A stretch of 63,093 nucleotides of DNA, the filler included, from Asterionella formosa (lineage: Eukaryota): the NCBI GenBank assembly GCA_002256025.1. It is 17 parts of 17 records of this genome, joined end to end, with 100 filler letters (N's around TTAATTAATTAA, not from the genome) between each part and the next. Parts side by side here need not be neighbours in the genome. Positions count along the whole stretch, not along the records: positions 61,172 to 63,093 come from NKIB01000848.1; 16 more parts are not named here. The stretch is one strand, 5' to 3'. The translations under genes and the position numbers were made by a program. Positions within the stretch are counted from its first letter, which is position 1. Every line of letters starts with the position of its first letter. The notes below the pieces were generated by a model. It did not search any database. It saw only the letters and a list, made by a program, of their open reading frames with translations, and was not told the origin of the DNA. Shown piece after piece: positions 61,172-63,093 of the stretch.

Positions 61172-63093
61172 TTCTTTGAGAGTCCCAAGAAAACCGCACG
61201 ACGCGAACGAGGTTTCCATCTAGGAAGTTTCTTTCCATCCTGCATGGTAGAATCCAGGACATACACGGGACTTCCCCATACTTGGAGATCATTGCATTTG
61301 TGGGTGGGCCATTTAGTGCCTGAGAAAATGTCAAGAGGTGCCAGGCCATTTTTCCTGTTAGGGAGATGATTATGAATGTACACAGCATAGTCAACAGCCA
61401 TAGGCCAAAGGGTAGTATCAGCAGTGTCACACCAGCGGATGGCAGCATGCAGCATCATAGTTCGCGCCATAGACATAATGGTTTGAATGTTCCGCTCTGC
61501 AACACCATTATGATGATGAGCACCTACTCCAGCAAAGTGGCTGACTTGTTTGAAAGCTGCCAATTCTGCAACATATTCCTTATCAGTGAAAGCCTTTCCA
61601 TTGTCTGAAAGGTAAGATTGAACAATAACTCCAGAGTCACGAGCAGCAGCCTCAAATTTGTGTTTTGAAACAAGAGTTTCATGAGAGGTCAGAGAGACTT
61701 GATGTTCCACATGAACAAAACCGGAAGCATGGTCAACAAACAGACATCCTCCTGAGTACATTTGCTCTTGAACCGTTTTTCCTTTCGAATCATAGTGTCG
61801 TCCCTTAGTGTGACAAACAAAGTGATCGACTGAGACTTGCTGCCCTGGTAGGAGGTCTCCTTTCTTAAGTGCACCACAGCTTGATGGAACAGGTGTAGAA
61901 ACGCTGCTGGAAGTTGGTCGACGTTTTGCCTTTCCAAATTGGCAGGAGGCACAGCGAGGTAGGACACAGTTGGATGCTGAACGGTGCAGATTCTTTTGCC
62001 CTTCACTTGTTGCAAGGGCTCCTGATCTCAACAGTAATTGTATTGATTCAAAGTGTAGATGGCCAAGACGAAAGTGCCAACGCAATAGTTCCTTCTGAGC
62101 TTCGGTTAGATTTTGATTGTTGGAATCGGTAACACAGAGGTTAAGCTCTTGAGCACAGCGATTGACATCCACTTCATTGTATCCATAGCTGATAGGAAGG
62201 TTGTTGTTGGTTGAGAAAGGGACAACAATGTCTGGTGCTCCACCTCCACAGATACGAATATGATCAGACTCAACTTGACCATAGGCGGGAGTTTTAGATC
62301 CAACAAAACCTTGGATATAAGATTGCCAACTGAGGAGTCGTTGGTGAGCTCCAGGAGTATAGTAAGCAGAGAGCTCAAGACAATGGAGAGTACCATCAAC
62401 TGCTGGAACCATCCACCTGACCTTGCCTTGACCTTCAATTGATAATCCTGCTGCTAGTCCTTTCAGTGTGACAGGTGTGGTCAAGGGGGTTATCCCATCA
62501 ACAAAGTCCTGGATATTGTGACTGACTGTACTGGATGCTCCTGTGTCCCAAATGAAGGAGAACTGTGCTGCTGAGGAGAGCCCAAGGACAGTAGTTGGAC
62601 TTTTAGTGGCAAGACAACAAAATGGACTTGGGACTGGATTACTGGCAGCAATTGTTGGTGTATAGAGAAGACTCCGAGCCTGACACCAATGTTCAACATG
62701 TGATCTGAATAGGTTTTGTATACCTGCAATCTGGGATGAGTAAGGCACATGGGGAGTCTTGAGAACAATTGACTGTGGAACAGGGTCAGTGGCTGAGATA
62801 AACTTGGGAGGTTTCCTGATACAGTCAGACCTGCATTGTCGAAGCCGAAGTGGATATGAGCGAGAGACAATTGACATGAGACTGAAAGGTTGCTGGAGTT
62901 GCTTCTGATGTCGATAATAACGGCGACGTGTAGACCAGTGCAGCAGCTTGGCAGGAGGGTGGGGATGAGCATAGTGCATGAAGTGAAGCCAGAGCACTTG
63001 AGAGAAGACAACCAACCAGAAGCACACACAAGGTCCCAGAGAAGCAAGGACGTGGTTGTGATTCAGAAGACTGATAAGAGGGAAGAACTCAAA
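61172..63093 (-). CDS. Ty1/copia (CoDi-type) Pol: protease, GAG-pre-integrase and integrase (partial at both ends)
   Basis: IWDTGAS, WHFRLGH, CASCQFGK, VSVDHF, SDNG, HHNGVAERNI, LPRWKPRSRR; frame open to the window end. Confidence 0.92.

Overview
Eukaryotic, most likely diatom, nuclear DNA. Bases 1-30658 are one contig. The rest is 16 short contigs (~1.93 kb, essentially sorted by length) joined by an artificial 100-bp N-TTAATTAATTAA-N spacer, so adjacency across spacers has no biological meaning. Apparent host genes: a PX-domain AGC (S6K/SGK-like) kinase, a SAM methyltransferase with a plastid plus twin-arginine-like presequence, a plastid ketopantoate-reductase-fold protein, a small Ser-rich protein, a tubulin-tyrosine-ligase-like gene with a probable GC-AG intron, and a truncated PGRL1 fragment. 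The remainder is transposon-derived: a pogo-type DD37D element with a related MITE, a PIF/Harbinger element (TIRs, TCA TSD), Plavaka-like and Tc1/IS630-like relics, Ty3/gypsy and Ty1/copia pieces, foldback elements and tandem arrays. Most interesting: a tRNA-headed SINE-like family and an anticodon-less tRNA-like element, a 2OG-Fe(II) dioxygenase in transposon-like context loosely linked to the Plavaka relic, a conserved -1 slippery site between copia gag and pol, a telomere-repeat hairpin inside a foldback element, and TACC(A/T)GGTA clusters that look like both the targets and possible excision footprints of the pogo family. All family assignments come from motif recognition by eye; no searches were run.
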